Source of the DNA: Eledone cirrhosa | Taxonomy: Eukaryota | Assembly (NCBI GenBank): GCA_964016885.1 | Contig: OZ024748.1 | Span: forward strand, 40,920,001-40,984,000 | DNA length: 64,000 nucleotides | Direction of reading: 5' to 3' | Shown: positions 39,922 to 51,459 of the stretch, piece by piece | How positions within the stretch are numbered: position 1 is the first letter of the stretch | Layout of the letters: each line of letters starts with the position of its first letter | Notes under the pieces: generated by a model | What the model saw: only the letters and a program-made list of their open reading frames with translations | What the model was told of the DNA's origin: nothing | Database searches by the model: none | Translations under genes and position numbers: made by a program

Positions 39922-41003
39922 CATGGTTTAATGGGACAGTCCAGGGTTTAATAAGACTGTCCAGGTTTTAATGGGATTACCCTGGGTTTAATGGGACTTT
40001 CCAGGGTTTAATGGGACTTTCCAGAGTTTAATGGGACTGTCCAGGGTTTAATAGGACTTTCCAGAGTTTAATGGGATTACCCTGGGTTTAATGGGACTGT
40101 CCAGGGTTTAATGGGACTTTCCAGGGTTTAATGGGGCAGTCCAGGGTTTAACGGGACAGTCCAGGGTTTAATGGGGCAGTCCAGGGTTTAATGGGACTTT
40201 CCAGAGTTTAATGGGACTTTCCAGAGTTTAATGGGACTGTCCAGGGTTTAATGGGACTTTCCAGAGTTTAATGGGATTACCCTGGGTTTAATGGGACTAT
40301 ACTGAACCTAATGAGACTGTCCAACGTTTAATGTGACTGTCCAGGGTTTAATGGGACTGTCCAGGGTTGAATGGGATTGTTCAGGGTTTAATGGGACTGT
40401 CCAAGAGTTAATGGGACAGTCCAGGGTTTAATGCAACAGTCCAGGGTTTAATGGGACTATACTGAGCTTAATGAGACTGTCCAGAGTTTAATGGGACTAT
40501 CCAGGGTTTAATGGGATTACCCTGGGTTTAATGGGACTATACTGAACCTAATGAGACTGTCCAACGTTTAATGTGACTGTCCAGGGTTTAATGGGACTGT
40601 CCAGGGTTGAATGGGATTGTTCAGGGTTTAATGGGACTGTCCAAGGTTTAATGGGATTGTTCAGGGTTTAATGGGACTGTCCAAGGTTTAATGGGATTAT
40701 TCAGGGTTCAATGGGACTGTCCAAGAGTTAATGGGACTGTCCAGAGTTTAATGGTACTGCCCAGGGTTTAATGGGACAGTCCTGGAATTAATGGGACAGT
40801 CCAACGTTTAATGGGACTGTGCAGTGTTTAATGGAACAGTCCATGGTTTAATGGGTCAGTCCATGGTTTAATGGGGTTGTCCATGGTTTAATGAGACATT
40901 CCATGGTTTAATTGGGCAGTCCAGGGTTTAATGGGACAGTCCAGGGTTTAATGGGGAAGTCCAGGGTTTAATGGGGCTGTCCAGGGTTTAATGGGATTAT
41001 CCA
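39922..41003. repeat. 20-bp minisatellite CCAGGGTTTAATGGGACTGT
   Basis: About 54 in-register units, starting about 57 nt after exon 4. Confidence 0.97.
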
Positions 41004-41061
41004 TGCAATCTATTATTAATGACATATATATATATATATTTATATATTTATATATATATAT

Positions 41062-42175
41062 CATCATCATCATCATCATCATCATCAACGTTTAACGTCC
41101 GTGTTCCACGCTTGCATGCGTTTGGACGGGGGTATTCCCACTTGAGGCAAGAATGATTGTCTTGCTCGCATAGGACTGTCTGGCAGGTTTTCTACAGTTG
41201 GATGCCCTTCCTAACACCAACCACATTTACAGTGTGGGTCTGGGAGGTTTTTACCATGTTGCCTACACGGCCACATTACAGCGTGGACTGTGTGTTTTTT
41301 TGTCGTGACACCTACACGATCTCATTTGTTTCGGCCTGGATGGCGTGGCACCGACATAACTTTACATAGAAGGGGGTGGTGTGGATGGGGTGGGGGTGGT
41401 GGGACGGGGGTGTATTTTGTTAGAGATGCCTACTGGCTGTAGTAGGTTTTACTATGTATTTAGGTAAGGCGGGTCTTCTCTGTTACTGAGTACCGCCAAA
41501 GGTCTCGGTCCAGTGACATTGTCTTGGAGAGGTGTAAGTGTGTGAGGTCGGAGTTTATCAGCTCGTCCCAGGTTTTTCTAGGTCTGCCTATTCCGTGGCT
41601 ACCGTCTATTTTTATTGCCCTGCACTTTGTTATACAGCTATCGACTTTCATGCGCATCACGTGTCCATACCAACGTAGCCTTCTCTCGAGTAAACAACAT
41701 CTGATCCCTCTTATTTCTAATTTTTTCCTTAGTTCGTTTATGCTTTGCCGTTCACGTATATTACTGTTACACATCCAGCGGAGCATGCAAGCTTCGTTCC
41801 TCTCTAGTCTGCGTATATCCTCTGCACACAATGCCCAGGTCTCACTGCCATGCAACATTGCTGTTCGTATGCAGGCATCATACAACCTGCCTTTCATTTT
41901 TAGGGAGAACCCTTTCGCAGCTAATAGTGGTATAAGCTCTCTGAACTTTTTCCATCCAGTTCTGACTCTAGCTACTGTACTTTCTGAGCACCCTCCCCCA
42001 TTGCTGATTTTGTCACCCAGGTAACGGAAGCTGTCCACTATTTCTATAGAACCCTCTGCGCAGTTGAAAGAGCTAGTATTTTGTGGGCACTTGCTGCTAC
42101 TTATTGCACCAGAGCACCGGCCACATGTAAAATCTATGTTCTTAGTTAGCTTACCTGTGATCCCACTACATCTTT
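41062..42175 (-). mobile_element. RTE LINE, 5'-truncated
   Basis: Near-identical to 6525-7620. Confidence 0.95.
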
Positions 42176-43741
42176 TTTTATATATATATATTTATATATA
42201 TTTATATATTTATATATATATATATATTTATATTTATATTTATATATATATATATATTTAGGTTTGTTGGTTTACCACTGGATAGAATTGGTCATTCTGT
42301 ATGGTCAACCTCAATGTCCCTGGGGCCCTGTCAGACTTGGAACCCGCCGTGCCACTGGTTATTGACCGCCAAACAGTATTTTTAAATTCTAGGCTTAATC
42401 ATAACTTTTAACTTTATCATGCCTCCTTCTATTAGCACTTAACTAATTCCCCCACCAGTGTGAATAACTAGTAATCGTTTGGTATATACGATGGCCAACC
42501 GGCGGTGGCAGACTTCCCGCTAGCACACCCGACGCTTAAGACAGTTACATTCCTGGAGTGCTTGGAAAAATAAATTTCCATTTCTTTCGCTAGACGATAA
42601 TACTCGGAACGGCTGACACACCGTTGGGCCCCGTGCTGGCCTGGGTCCGCAACATTGCTGGTTATTGTCCACTAAGCATGGGCTTAATCTTTACTCTATA
42701 TTCTACCCGGAAACTTTATCGTGACTATCTAAACTTTTTCATAAAAGCCTCCTTCTGTAAATTCCTTTAACTACATCTCATAACTTTAAACCTAAACCTT
42801 ATTTTTCTAATTTCATCTTAAATGGCATCTTCTAAACCTAAACATAAATTTAACGTGTCTTGCCGAATAAGATAGGAGAAACCCCAGCTTACATAGGTAG
42901 ATGTACCTCTTTTCCTTTCTTTTTTCTTCTTCCCTTTGTCTCCTCCTATCACTTCCTTCCACTTCCAATCTTCTTCCTCTTCTTTTTTCCCCTTTCACCT
43001 AGCCTGAGGCAGCCCATCGGGCCTCTGTAGCCTCAGTACCCCTACGCCAGTAAATTAAAGATAGCATTGGCCGAAAACGCAATACAAACTAATTATAGCA
43101 GCTGTGTTAGACCCCAGAGGTTTTGTATTACTTTTTACTACCCAATTCTATAATTTCAAAAATTCTTATTTAGTATCTTCTATTCTCAACTTATTAACCT
43201 ATTCTATAGCATTGGCCGAAAAAGCAATACCAACTAAATATAGCAGCTGTTTTAGACTCTACAGTTTTCTTATTACTTCTTACTATCCAATTTTATATTT
43301 TTATATATTTTTCTCTTATTTATTTATTATCTTCTAATCTCAATTGATTTACCTATTCTATAACGTCCCTTCTCTATTTTCTCCAGAATACTTTTTTGCC
43401 TACTTCCTCTGGCCTAGTTTCATACACAATCCTTAGAATTTGCTGTATAGAATTCACTTTCAACACTTGACTGGCTCCACCCACTCCCTCATTGTTCTAC
43501 AGGCAAGTTCAGCCACCCCCACCCCCCACCCACTGGGGATAGACTTAATTGTGTTTACAAGAAATTTTGACCAATCCTCTTGACAACTACAATCTTCCCA
43601 TATAAAAAATTACCCCTGGAAAAGTTCGGCTATTTATTTACCAGGCTAAACATTCTAATTTAGTCCAGAAATAGCCGTCGAAACGGCTTGAGCTCTGCCG
43701 TCGGGGTCATACATTTTCCTAAATATATATATATATATATT

Positions 43742-45366
43742 AGTTTGTAGGAAGGAAAATAGGGCACCGGTCCCATCTGGGAAATGGCCATGCTCAGTGT
43801 GTAGGAAAGGAGTAGGCAGAAACTCCATTTTATGTCCCAAATGCAAAGTATGGGTGCTTAAAAGATGTAGTGGGATCACAGGTAAGCTAACTAAGAATAT
43901 AGATTTTATATGTGGCCGGTGCTCTGGTGCAATAAGTAGCAGCAAGTGCCCACAGAATACTAGCTCATTCCATTGCACAGATGGTTCTATAGAAATAGTG
44001 GACAGCTTCCGTTACCTGGGTGACAAAATCAGCTGTAGGGGAGGGTGCTCTGAAAGTATAGTAGCTAGAGTCAGAACGGGATGGAAAAAGTTCAGAGAGC
44101 TTATACCACTATTGGCCGCTAAAGGGTTCTCTCTAAAAATGAAAGGCAGGCTGTATGATGCCTGCATACGAACAGCAATGTTACATGGCAGTGAGACCTG
44201 GGCATTGTGTGCAGAGGATATACGCAGACTGGAGAGAAACGAAGCTTGCATGCTCCGCTGGATATGTAATAGTAATATACGTGAATGGCAAAGCATAAAT
44301 GAACTAAGGGAGAAATTAGGAATAAGAGGGATCAGATGTTGTTTACTCGAGAGAAGACTACGTTGGTACGGTCACCTGATACGCATGAAAGACGACAGCT
44401 GTATAAAAAAGTGCAGGGCGATAAAAATAGACGGTAGCCACGGAGTAGGCAGACCCAGAAAAACCTGGGACGACTTGATAAATTCCGACCTCACACACTT
44501 ACACCTCTCCAAGACAATGTCACTGGACCGAGATCTTTGGCGCTACACAGTTATACAGAAGACCTGCCTTGCCTAAGTACAAAGCGAAACCTACAGTCAG
44601 TAGGCACCTCTAACAAAATACAGCCCCGTCCCACTACCCCCCCCCCCTAAAATGTGAAGTTATGTTGGTACCACAACATCCAGTCCGAAACAAATGAGGT
44701 CGTGTAGGTGTCACGACAAAAAAACACACAGTCCACGCTGTAATGTGGCCGTGTAGGTAACATGGTAAAAACCTCCAGTACACACTGTAAATGTGGTTGG
44801 TGTTAGGAAGGGCATCCAGCTGTAGAAAACCCGCCAGACGTGTAGATGTCACAACAATAAAACACACAGTCCACGCTGTAATGTGGCCGTGTAGGTAACA
44901 CGGTAAAAACCTCCCAGTACACACTGTAAACGTGGTTGGTGTTAGGAAGGGCATCCAGCTGTAGAAAACCCGCCAGACGTGTAGGTGTCACAACAATAAA
45001 ACACACAGTCCACGCTGTAATGTGGCCGTGTAGGTAACATGATAAAAACCTCCCAGTACACACTGTAAATGTGGTTGGTGTTAGGAAGGGCATCCAGCTG
45101 TAGAAAACCCGCCAGACGTGTAGGTGTCACAACAATAAAACACACAGTCCACGCTGTAATGTGGCCGTGTAGGTAACACGGTAAAAACCTCCCAGTACAC
45201 ACTGTAAACGTGGTTGGTGTTAGGAAGGGCACCCAGCCATAGAAAACCCGCCAGACAGTCCTATACGAGCAAGACAACCACTCTTGCCTCAAGTGGGACA
45301 ATTTCCGTCCAGACCCATGCTAGCGTGGAAGATGGACGTTAAACGATGATGATGATGATGATGATG
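43742..45366 (+). mobile_element. RTE LINE, 5'-truncated, with a 139-bp 3' UTR segment in 4 tandem copies
   Basis: ORF remnant 43797-44576; units start at about 44701, 44838, 44977 and 45117; (GAT)n tail. Confidence 0.93.
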
Positions 45367-45384
45367 ATATATATGACCTATTAA

Positions 45385-45500
45385 TAATTGTTTCTACTTT
45401 TGGCACAAGGCCAGCAATTACCCAGTACATTACTGGTACTTTATTTTATCGACCCCGTAAGGATGAAAGGCAAAGTTAACCTCGGCGGGATTTGAACTCA
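45385..45500 (-). mobile_element. SINE family 1 3' part, antisense
   Basis: Core on the minus strand. Confidence 0.85.
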
Positions 45501-45549
45501 CATCGTAATGCAACTTAATAATAATCATCATCATTTCTACATCCATTAT

Positions 45550-47127
45550 TGGTGATGGTGGTGGTGGAGGTGATGGTGGTGGTGTTGGTGTGATAGTGAT
45601 GCTGGTGTGGTGGTGGTGGTGGTGCTGATGATGGTGGTGGTGGTGTGATAGTGATGCTGGTGTTGGTGTGGTGGTGGTGGTGTGATAGTGATGCTGGTGG
45701 TGGTGGTGGTGCTGATGATGGTGGTGATGGTGGTGGTGGTGTGGTGGTGGTGGTGGTGATGGTGGTGATGATGGTGGTGGTGGTGGTGGTGATGGTGGAG
45801 GTGGTGATGATGATGGTGATGGTGGTGATGATGGTGATGATGGTGGTGATGATGGTGATGAGGGAGGTGGTGATGGTGATGGTGATGATGGTGGTGATGG
45901 TGATGATGGTGGTGGTGATGGTGGTGGTGGTGATGGTGGTGATGGTGGTGGTAGTGGTGATGAGGGTAGTGATGGTGCTGGTGGTGGTGATGGTGGTGAT
46001 GATGATGGTGATGGTGATGGTGATGGGGGTGGTGATGATGGTGGTAGTGGTGATGAGGGTAGTGATGGTGGTGGTGGTGGTGGTGGAGGTGGTGATGGTG
46101 GTGGTGGTGGTGATGGTGATGGTGGTGGTGGAGGTGGTGATGGTGATGGTGGTGGTGATGGTGGTGGTGGTGGTGGTGGTGGTGGTGGTGGTGGTGGTGA
46201 TGATGATGGTGGTAGTGGTGATGAGGGTAGTGATGGTGGTGGTGGTGGTGGTGGAGGTGGTGATGGTAGAGGTGGTGATGGTGGTGGTGATGGTGGTGGT
46301 GGTGGTGGTGGTGGTGGTGATGATGATGGTGGTAGTGGTGATGAGGGTAGTGATGGTGGTGGTGGTGCTGGTGGAGGTGGTGATGGTGGTGGTGATGGTG
46401 ATGGTGGAGGTGGTGATGGTGGTGGTGATGGTGGTGGTGGTGGTGCTAGTGGTGATGAGGGTAGTGATGGTGGTGGTGGTGGAGGTGGTGATGGTGATGG
46501 TGGTGGTGGAGGTGGTGATGGTGGTGATGGTGGTGGTGGAGGTGGTGATGGTGATGGTGGTGGTGCTGGTGGAGGTGGTGATGGTGGTGGTGATGGTGGT
46601 GGTGGTGGTGCTAGTGGTGATGAGGGTAGTGATGGTGGTGGTGGAGGTGGTGATGGTGATGGTGGTGGTGATGGTGATGGTGATGGTGGTGGTGGTGATG
46701 ATGGTGGTAGTGGTGATGAGGGTACTGATGGTGGTGGTGGTGGTGGAGGTGGTGATGGTGATGGTGGTGATGGTGATGGTGATGGTGGTGGTGGTGATGA
46801 TGGTGGTAGTGGTGATGAGGGTAGTGATGGTGGTGGTGGTGGTGGTGGAGGTGGTGATGGTGATGGTGGTGATGGTGATGGTGATGGTGGTGGTGGTGAT
46901 GATGGTGGTAGTGGTGATGAGGGTAGTGATGGTGGTGGTGGTGGTGGTGGAGGTGGTGATGGTGATGGTGGTGATGGTGATGGTGGAGGTGGTGATGGTG
47001 ATGGTGGTGATGGTGATGGTGATGGTGGTGGTGGTGATGATGGTGGTAGTGGTGATGAGGGTAGTGATGGAGGTGGTGATGGTGATGGTGATGGTGGTGG
47101 TGGTGGTGGTGGTGGTGGTGATGATGA
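45550..47127. repeat. (GGT/GAT)n array
   Basis: Ends about 35 nt before exon 5. Confidence 0.96.
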
Positions 47128-47160
47128 TATTCTAAACTCTTCTTCTCTTCCATGTTCTAG

Positions 47161-47228
47161 GAGAGATATATATTTGGAATATTTCAACACGACAGTCATA
47201 CGAGATATTACAACAAACACTTACAAAG
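47161..47228 (+). CDS. MANBA: MANBA exon 5 (W-RDIYLEYFNTTVIRDITTNTYK)
   Basis: Strong pyrimidine tract plus TAG at 47158-47160. The first G completes TG|G (Trp). Donor GTTACA at 47229; phase 2/1 fits both neighbours. Confidence 0.85.
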
Positions 47229-47486
47229 GTTACATCTTTCTTTTCTCCTCTTTCCTCTTCTCTCTCTCCCTCTCTCCCCTCTCATTCTCTCTCTCTCTCT
47301 CCCCTCTCATTCTCTCTCTCTCTCTCCTCTCTCATTCTCTCCCTCTCTCTCACTTTCTCATTCTCTCTTCACTCTCTCTCTCTCTTTCTCACTCTCTCAC
47401 CCTTGTCCCCCCTCTTTTTCACTCACCCACCCCTCTCTCCCCTCACACACTCTCTCCTTGTCTCTCTTTTTAATAAAAAAGATTCA

Positions 47487-48165
47487 TTAACCCTTTCATT
47501 ACCATATTTCTAATGAAAGACACTGTCTATGTCATTAACCCTTTCATTACCATATTTCTAATGAAAGACACTATCTATGTCATTAACCCTTTCATTACCA
47601 TATTTCTAATGAAAGACACTGCCTATGTCATTAACCCTTTCATTACCATATTTCTAAAGAAAGACACTACCTATGTCATTAACCCTTTCATTACCATATT
47701 TCTAAAGAAAGACATTACCTATGTCATTAACCCTTTCATTACCATATTCCTAATGAAAGACACTGCCTGTAATTTTGAAATAATTTTGAGAATATTGAAG
47801 AATTTGGAGAGATTTAGTAATCTAAGTTTCTTGTTATTAATCTGGTGTAAAGCAGCAGAATTGGTAGAACATCATAGGATATAGATTGCAATTCTGCTCA
47901 GGTCAATTGGAACAAAACTTAACAAAGGTTCTTATATAAAATTATGAAGGAAGTTGTTTAGATAAATATAAGCACTTTAAAATGAACAGTTTTGTATTGT
48001 AGACGCCATGGGTGTTTGGAACATAACTTAACAAAGGTTCTTATATAAAATTATGAAGGAAGGTTTTTAGATAAATATAAACACTTTAAAATGAATAGTT
48101 TTGTATTGTAGAAGCCAGGGGTGTTTGGAACACAACTTAACAAAGGTTCTTATATAAAGGGTTAA
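47487..48165. mobile_element. piggyBac-like MITE with 48-bp terminal unit x6 and internal ~119-bp duplication
   Basis: TTAACCCTTTCATTACCATATTTC... x6, ending AAAGGGTTAA. The unit is the reverse complement of the one at 19360-19599. Confidence 0.7.
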
Positions 48166-48292
48166 TAATAAGAAAGTTAATTATTTGTACTATTCAAAAT
48201 ACAGGCAGAGTCTTTTAGTAGAAATATTGTAATGAAAGAGTTAAAGGATTAAATGTGTAGAAAATTATGAAATCTTTAATTTTGTTTTAAAG

Positions 48293-48462
48293 AGGATGAA
48301 GAATGGTACATGGAAGTAACAGTGTTCTTTGATAAGATGGCCAGAGGTCCTGTGACAGGGAAACTTTCTATTCACATGTCTGAACTAAAAGTGATGCTTA
48401 CCTCTAATATAGAATTAGACAACGATTCAGATCAAGTGAAAAGTGTCATTAAAATTCCACAG
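48293..48462 (+). CDS. MANBA: MANBA exon 6 (EDEEWYMEVTVFFDKMARGPVTGKLSIHMSELK...VIKIPQ)
   Basis: tttgttttaaag acceptor, CAG|GTAAAT donor, open frame, phase 1/0. This is a poorly conserved beta-sandwich region, so support is mainly phase and length. Confidence 0.8.
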
Positions 48463-48599
48463 GTAAATTTCTGAAACTATTTCATATTACTCTAATCTTT
48501 TTAAGGGTTTCAGTCATTTGACTGTGGCCATGCTGGAGCATTGCTTTGAAGGGATTTAATTGATCGTATTGATCCCCAGTGCTTATTTTTTCAGGTGTG

Positions 48600-49200
48600 G
48601 GAGTAGAGTTATTTTGGGACCTTGAGGTCAAGATCTCAGAGTCCAATACAACTACCCTGATATTGTTGTAACCCCCCAACAAAAAATGACTCTAATTGAT
48701 ATCGCGGTCCCTCAAGATCACAATGTGGTTGAAAAGGAAATGGAAAAGATTAATAATTATGCCGACCTTGCAGGTATTATTAGAACTGGTCATCATGTAG
48801 AGACAGAAGTTGTACCAGTCATTATTAAGGGCGGTGGATTGGCAGTATCGGTAGAGGGTCGGACGCCATGCTTTGACGCATAGAGTTACAGCCCTTGCCA
48901 TTCTGAGTTCAAATCCCGCCGAGGTTAACTTTGCCTTTCATCTTTACGGGGTCGATAAAATAAAGTACCAGTAATGTACTGAGTAATTGCTGGCCTTGTG
49001 CCAAAAGTAGAAACAATTATTGGGGGCACTAGACATGGTCCCTAGAGACAGGGGCACTAGACATGATCCTAGAGATGGGGCACTAAACATAGTCCCTAGA
49101 GACAGAACTACCAGTCATGGTCCCTAAACATATTATGTCTTTCATGAAAAGCCTTGGGATCCTCAACTTCATAGGAGTGTCCATATTTCTACCATCACTA
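48600..49200 (+). pseudogene. Fossil RLE-type (R4/Dong-like) non-LTR 3' end, split by a SINE
   Basis: ..PDIVV..LIDIAVPQDHNVVEKEMEKINNYADL..VVPVII, then the SINE at 48829-49020, then IGALDMVP. Matches the PD-(D/E)xK endonuclease tail. Confidence 0.65.
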
Positions 49201-50164
49201 GAACAGCCAGAACCCTGCATGATATATTAAACCTTTGAGACAAGGGACTGATCTGAGGCCAATCAACATGTTTGACCTTGTAAATTGCTGGGGAAAAAAC
49301 AAAATATTGTTATTGTTTTCCTTTCCCATCAGTATTTTCCTGACACCTAGCGCCGATCATTAATATTATTACAGCAGAGAGTTACGGCCCTTTACGTTCT
49401 CAGTTCATATCCCACCGAGGTTTACTTTGCCTTTCAACCTTACAGGGTCGATAAAATGAAGTACCAGTAATGCACTGAGATAATTGCTGGCCTTGTGCCA
49501 AAAGTAGAAACAATTATTATTAGGGCGGTGGATTAGCAGTATCGGTAGAGCATCGGGCAACATTCCTAGCAGCATAGAGTTACGGCCCTTTGCGCGCTCT
49601 TTTCAAATCCCGCCGAGTTTAGCTTTGTCTTTCATCCTTACGGGGTCGATAAAATGATTTACCAGTAATGCACTGGGGTCAATTTAATCAACTCTTCCCT
49701 TCCCCAAAATTGCTGGCCTTGTGCCTAAAGTAGAGACAATTATTATTATTATTATTATTAAAGGCAGTGGATTGGCAGTATCGGTAGAGGGTCAGACGCC
49801 ATGCTTTGACGCAAAGAGTTACGGCCCTTTCCATTCTGAGTTCAAATCCCGCCGAGGTTAACTTTGCCTTTCATCCTTACGGGGTCGATAAAATAAAGTA
49901 CCAGTAATGCACTGGGTAATTGCTGGCCTTGTGCCAAAAGTAGAAACAATTATTATTATTAAGTGGTGTATTGGCAGAATTGGTAGAGCGTCATAGCCAT
50001 GCTTTGCTGCAGAGTTATGGCTCTTTACGGTCTGAGTTGAAATCCCGCCTAGGTTAGCTTTGCCTTTCATCCCTACAGGGACGATAAAATAAAGTACCAG
50101 TAATACACTGGGGTAATTGCTGGCTTGGTATTATTGTTGATTATGTGTTTGTTTTGTTGGATAG

Positions 50165-50336
50165 GAGAGTGTGGTGGAGTGTTGGTGGCCCCATGGTTAT
50201 GGGAAGGCTCGTCTCTACACCCTAAATGTTATTTATACATCAAACGATGACCAAGAACCATCAGCGAAGCAGAAGAGGATTGGTTTCCGTACTGTAGAAT
50301 TGGTACAAACTCCAGTGACAAGGAGACAAACAGATG
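50165..50336 (+). CDS. MANBA: MANBA exon 7 (ESVVECWWPHGYGKARLYTLNV...IGFRTVELVQTPVTRRQTD)
   Basis: TAG acceptor, GTATGT donor at 50337, WWP.G.G..LY and GFRTVEL motifs; phase 0/1. Confidence 0.93.
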
Positions 50337-50349
50337 GTATGTTATATGT

Positions 50350-50835
50350 ATGGTGGTGGTGGTGGTAAGGGTGTGGGGAGGAGTGATTGGGGGGGGGGGT
50401 GATTGGGGCGGTGGTGTGGTAGTGTTGTAGTGGTGATTGTGGTGGTGGTGGTGTGGTGATTGTGGTAGTGTTGTAGTGGTGGTGGTGGTGGTGGTGTGGT
50501 GATTGTGGTGGTGGTGGTGTGGTGATTGTGGTGGTGGTGGTGGTGGTGGTGTGGTGGTTGTGGTGGTGTGGTGATTGTGGTGTGGTGGTGGTGGTGTGGT
50601 GATTGTGGTGGTGGTGGTGTGGTGATTGTGATGTGGTGGTGGTGGTGGTGGTGTGGTGATTGTGGTGTGGTGGTGGTGGTGGTGGTGTGGTGATTGTGGT
50701 AGTGGTGTGGTGATTGTGGTGTGGTGGGGGTGGTGTGGTGGTGGGGTGGGGGTGGTGGGGATGGTGTGGTGATTGTGGTGGTGGTGTGGTAGTGGTAGTG
50801 GTGGTGGTGGTGGTGGAGGTGATTGTGGTGGTGGT
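50350..50835. repeat. GGT-rich array
   Basis: Starts about 14 nt after the exon 7 donor. Confidence 0.93.
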
Positions 50836-51230
50836 TCCAACTCTTTACGTTGTTAGTTCAAATCCTGCCGAGGTTAACTTTGCCTTTCAACCTTACATGG
50901 TCAATAAAATAAAGTACCAGTAATGCACTGGGATCGATTTAATTGACTTCTTAGTCTTAATCAGAAACTATTGTTGATAATAATTGGTAGAGCGTTGGAC
51001 AACATACCATGGCACATATAGTTACGGCCCTTTACGTTCTGAGTTCAAATTCCACTAAGGTTAGTTTTCTTTTCATCCTTACGGGGTTAATAAAATAAAG
51101 TACCAGTTATGCACTGGGGTTGATTTAATCACTTTTCCCCTCCCCCACAATAGTAACAAATTATTAATTATAACTTTTCCAGTTCCTGAACTTCATTAAA
51201 ACTATATTTCTATTTCTGATCTTTCAACAG

Positions 51231-51397
51231 GCCTTACCTTTTATTTCAAGATTAATGGAATCCCAATATTTTTCAAGGGATCCAACTGGATACCTGCTGA
51301 TAGTTTCCAAGAACGTGTCACACCAGGACGCATCCGTAATCTTCTTCAGTCTTTAATTGATGCCAACCAAAACTCTATGCGTGTTTGGGGAGGAGGT
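51231..51397 (+). CDS. MANBA: MANBA exon 8 ([30 protein letters not shown]...[13 protein letters not shown])
   Basis: caacag acceptor, GTAAGT donor at 51398, start of the TIM barrel; phase 1/0. Not present in the ORF track. Confidence 0.95.
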
Positions 51398-51459
51398 GTA
51401 AGTATTTGAATCTTTTTCTTGTAAATATTGTCATAAATAATAGGATACATAGGTAGGTA

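Larger units (their letters stand above)
48829..51145 (+). mobile_element. Cluster of seven SINE family 1 copies, all + strand
   Basis: Copies at about 48829-49020, 49375-49520, 49523-49740, 49762-49953, 49962-50125, 50838-50945 and 50980-51145. Exon 7 lies within the span. Confidence 0.88.

Noticed and set aside
45430-47220. Extensin-like poly-Pro and poly-His ORFs (also 16591-18213, 20435-21547, 35326-38551)
   Set aside because: These are trinucleotide or minisatellite translations, open in several frames, with no splice or start context.
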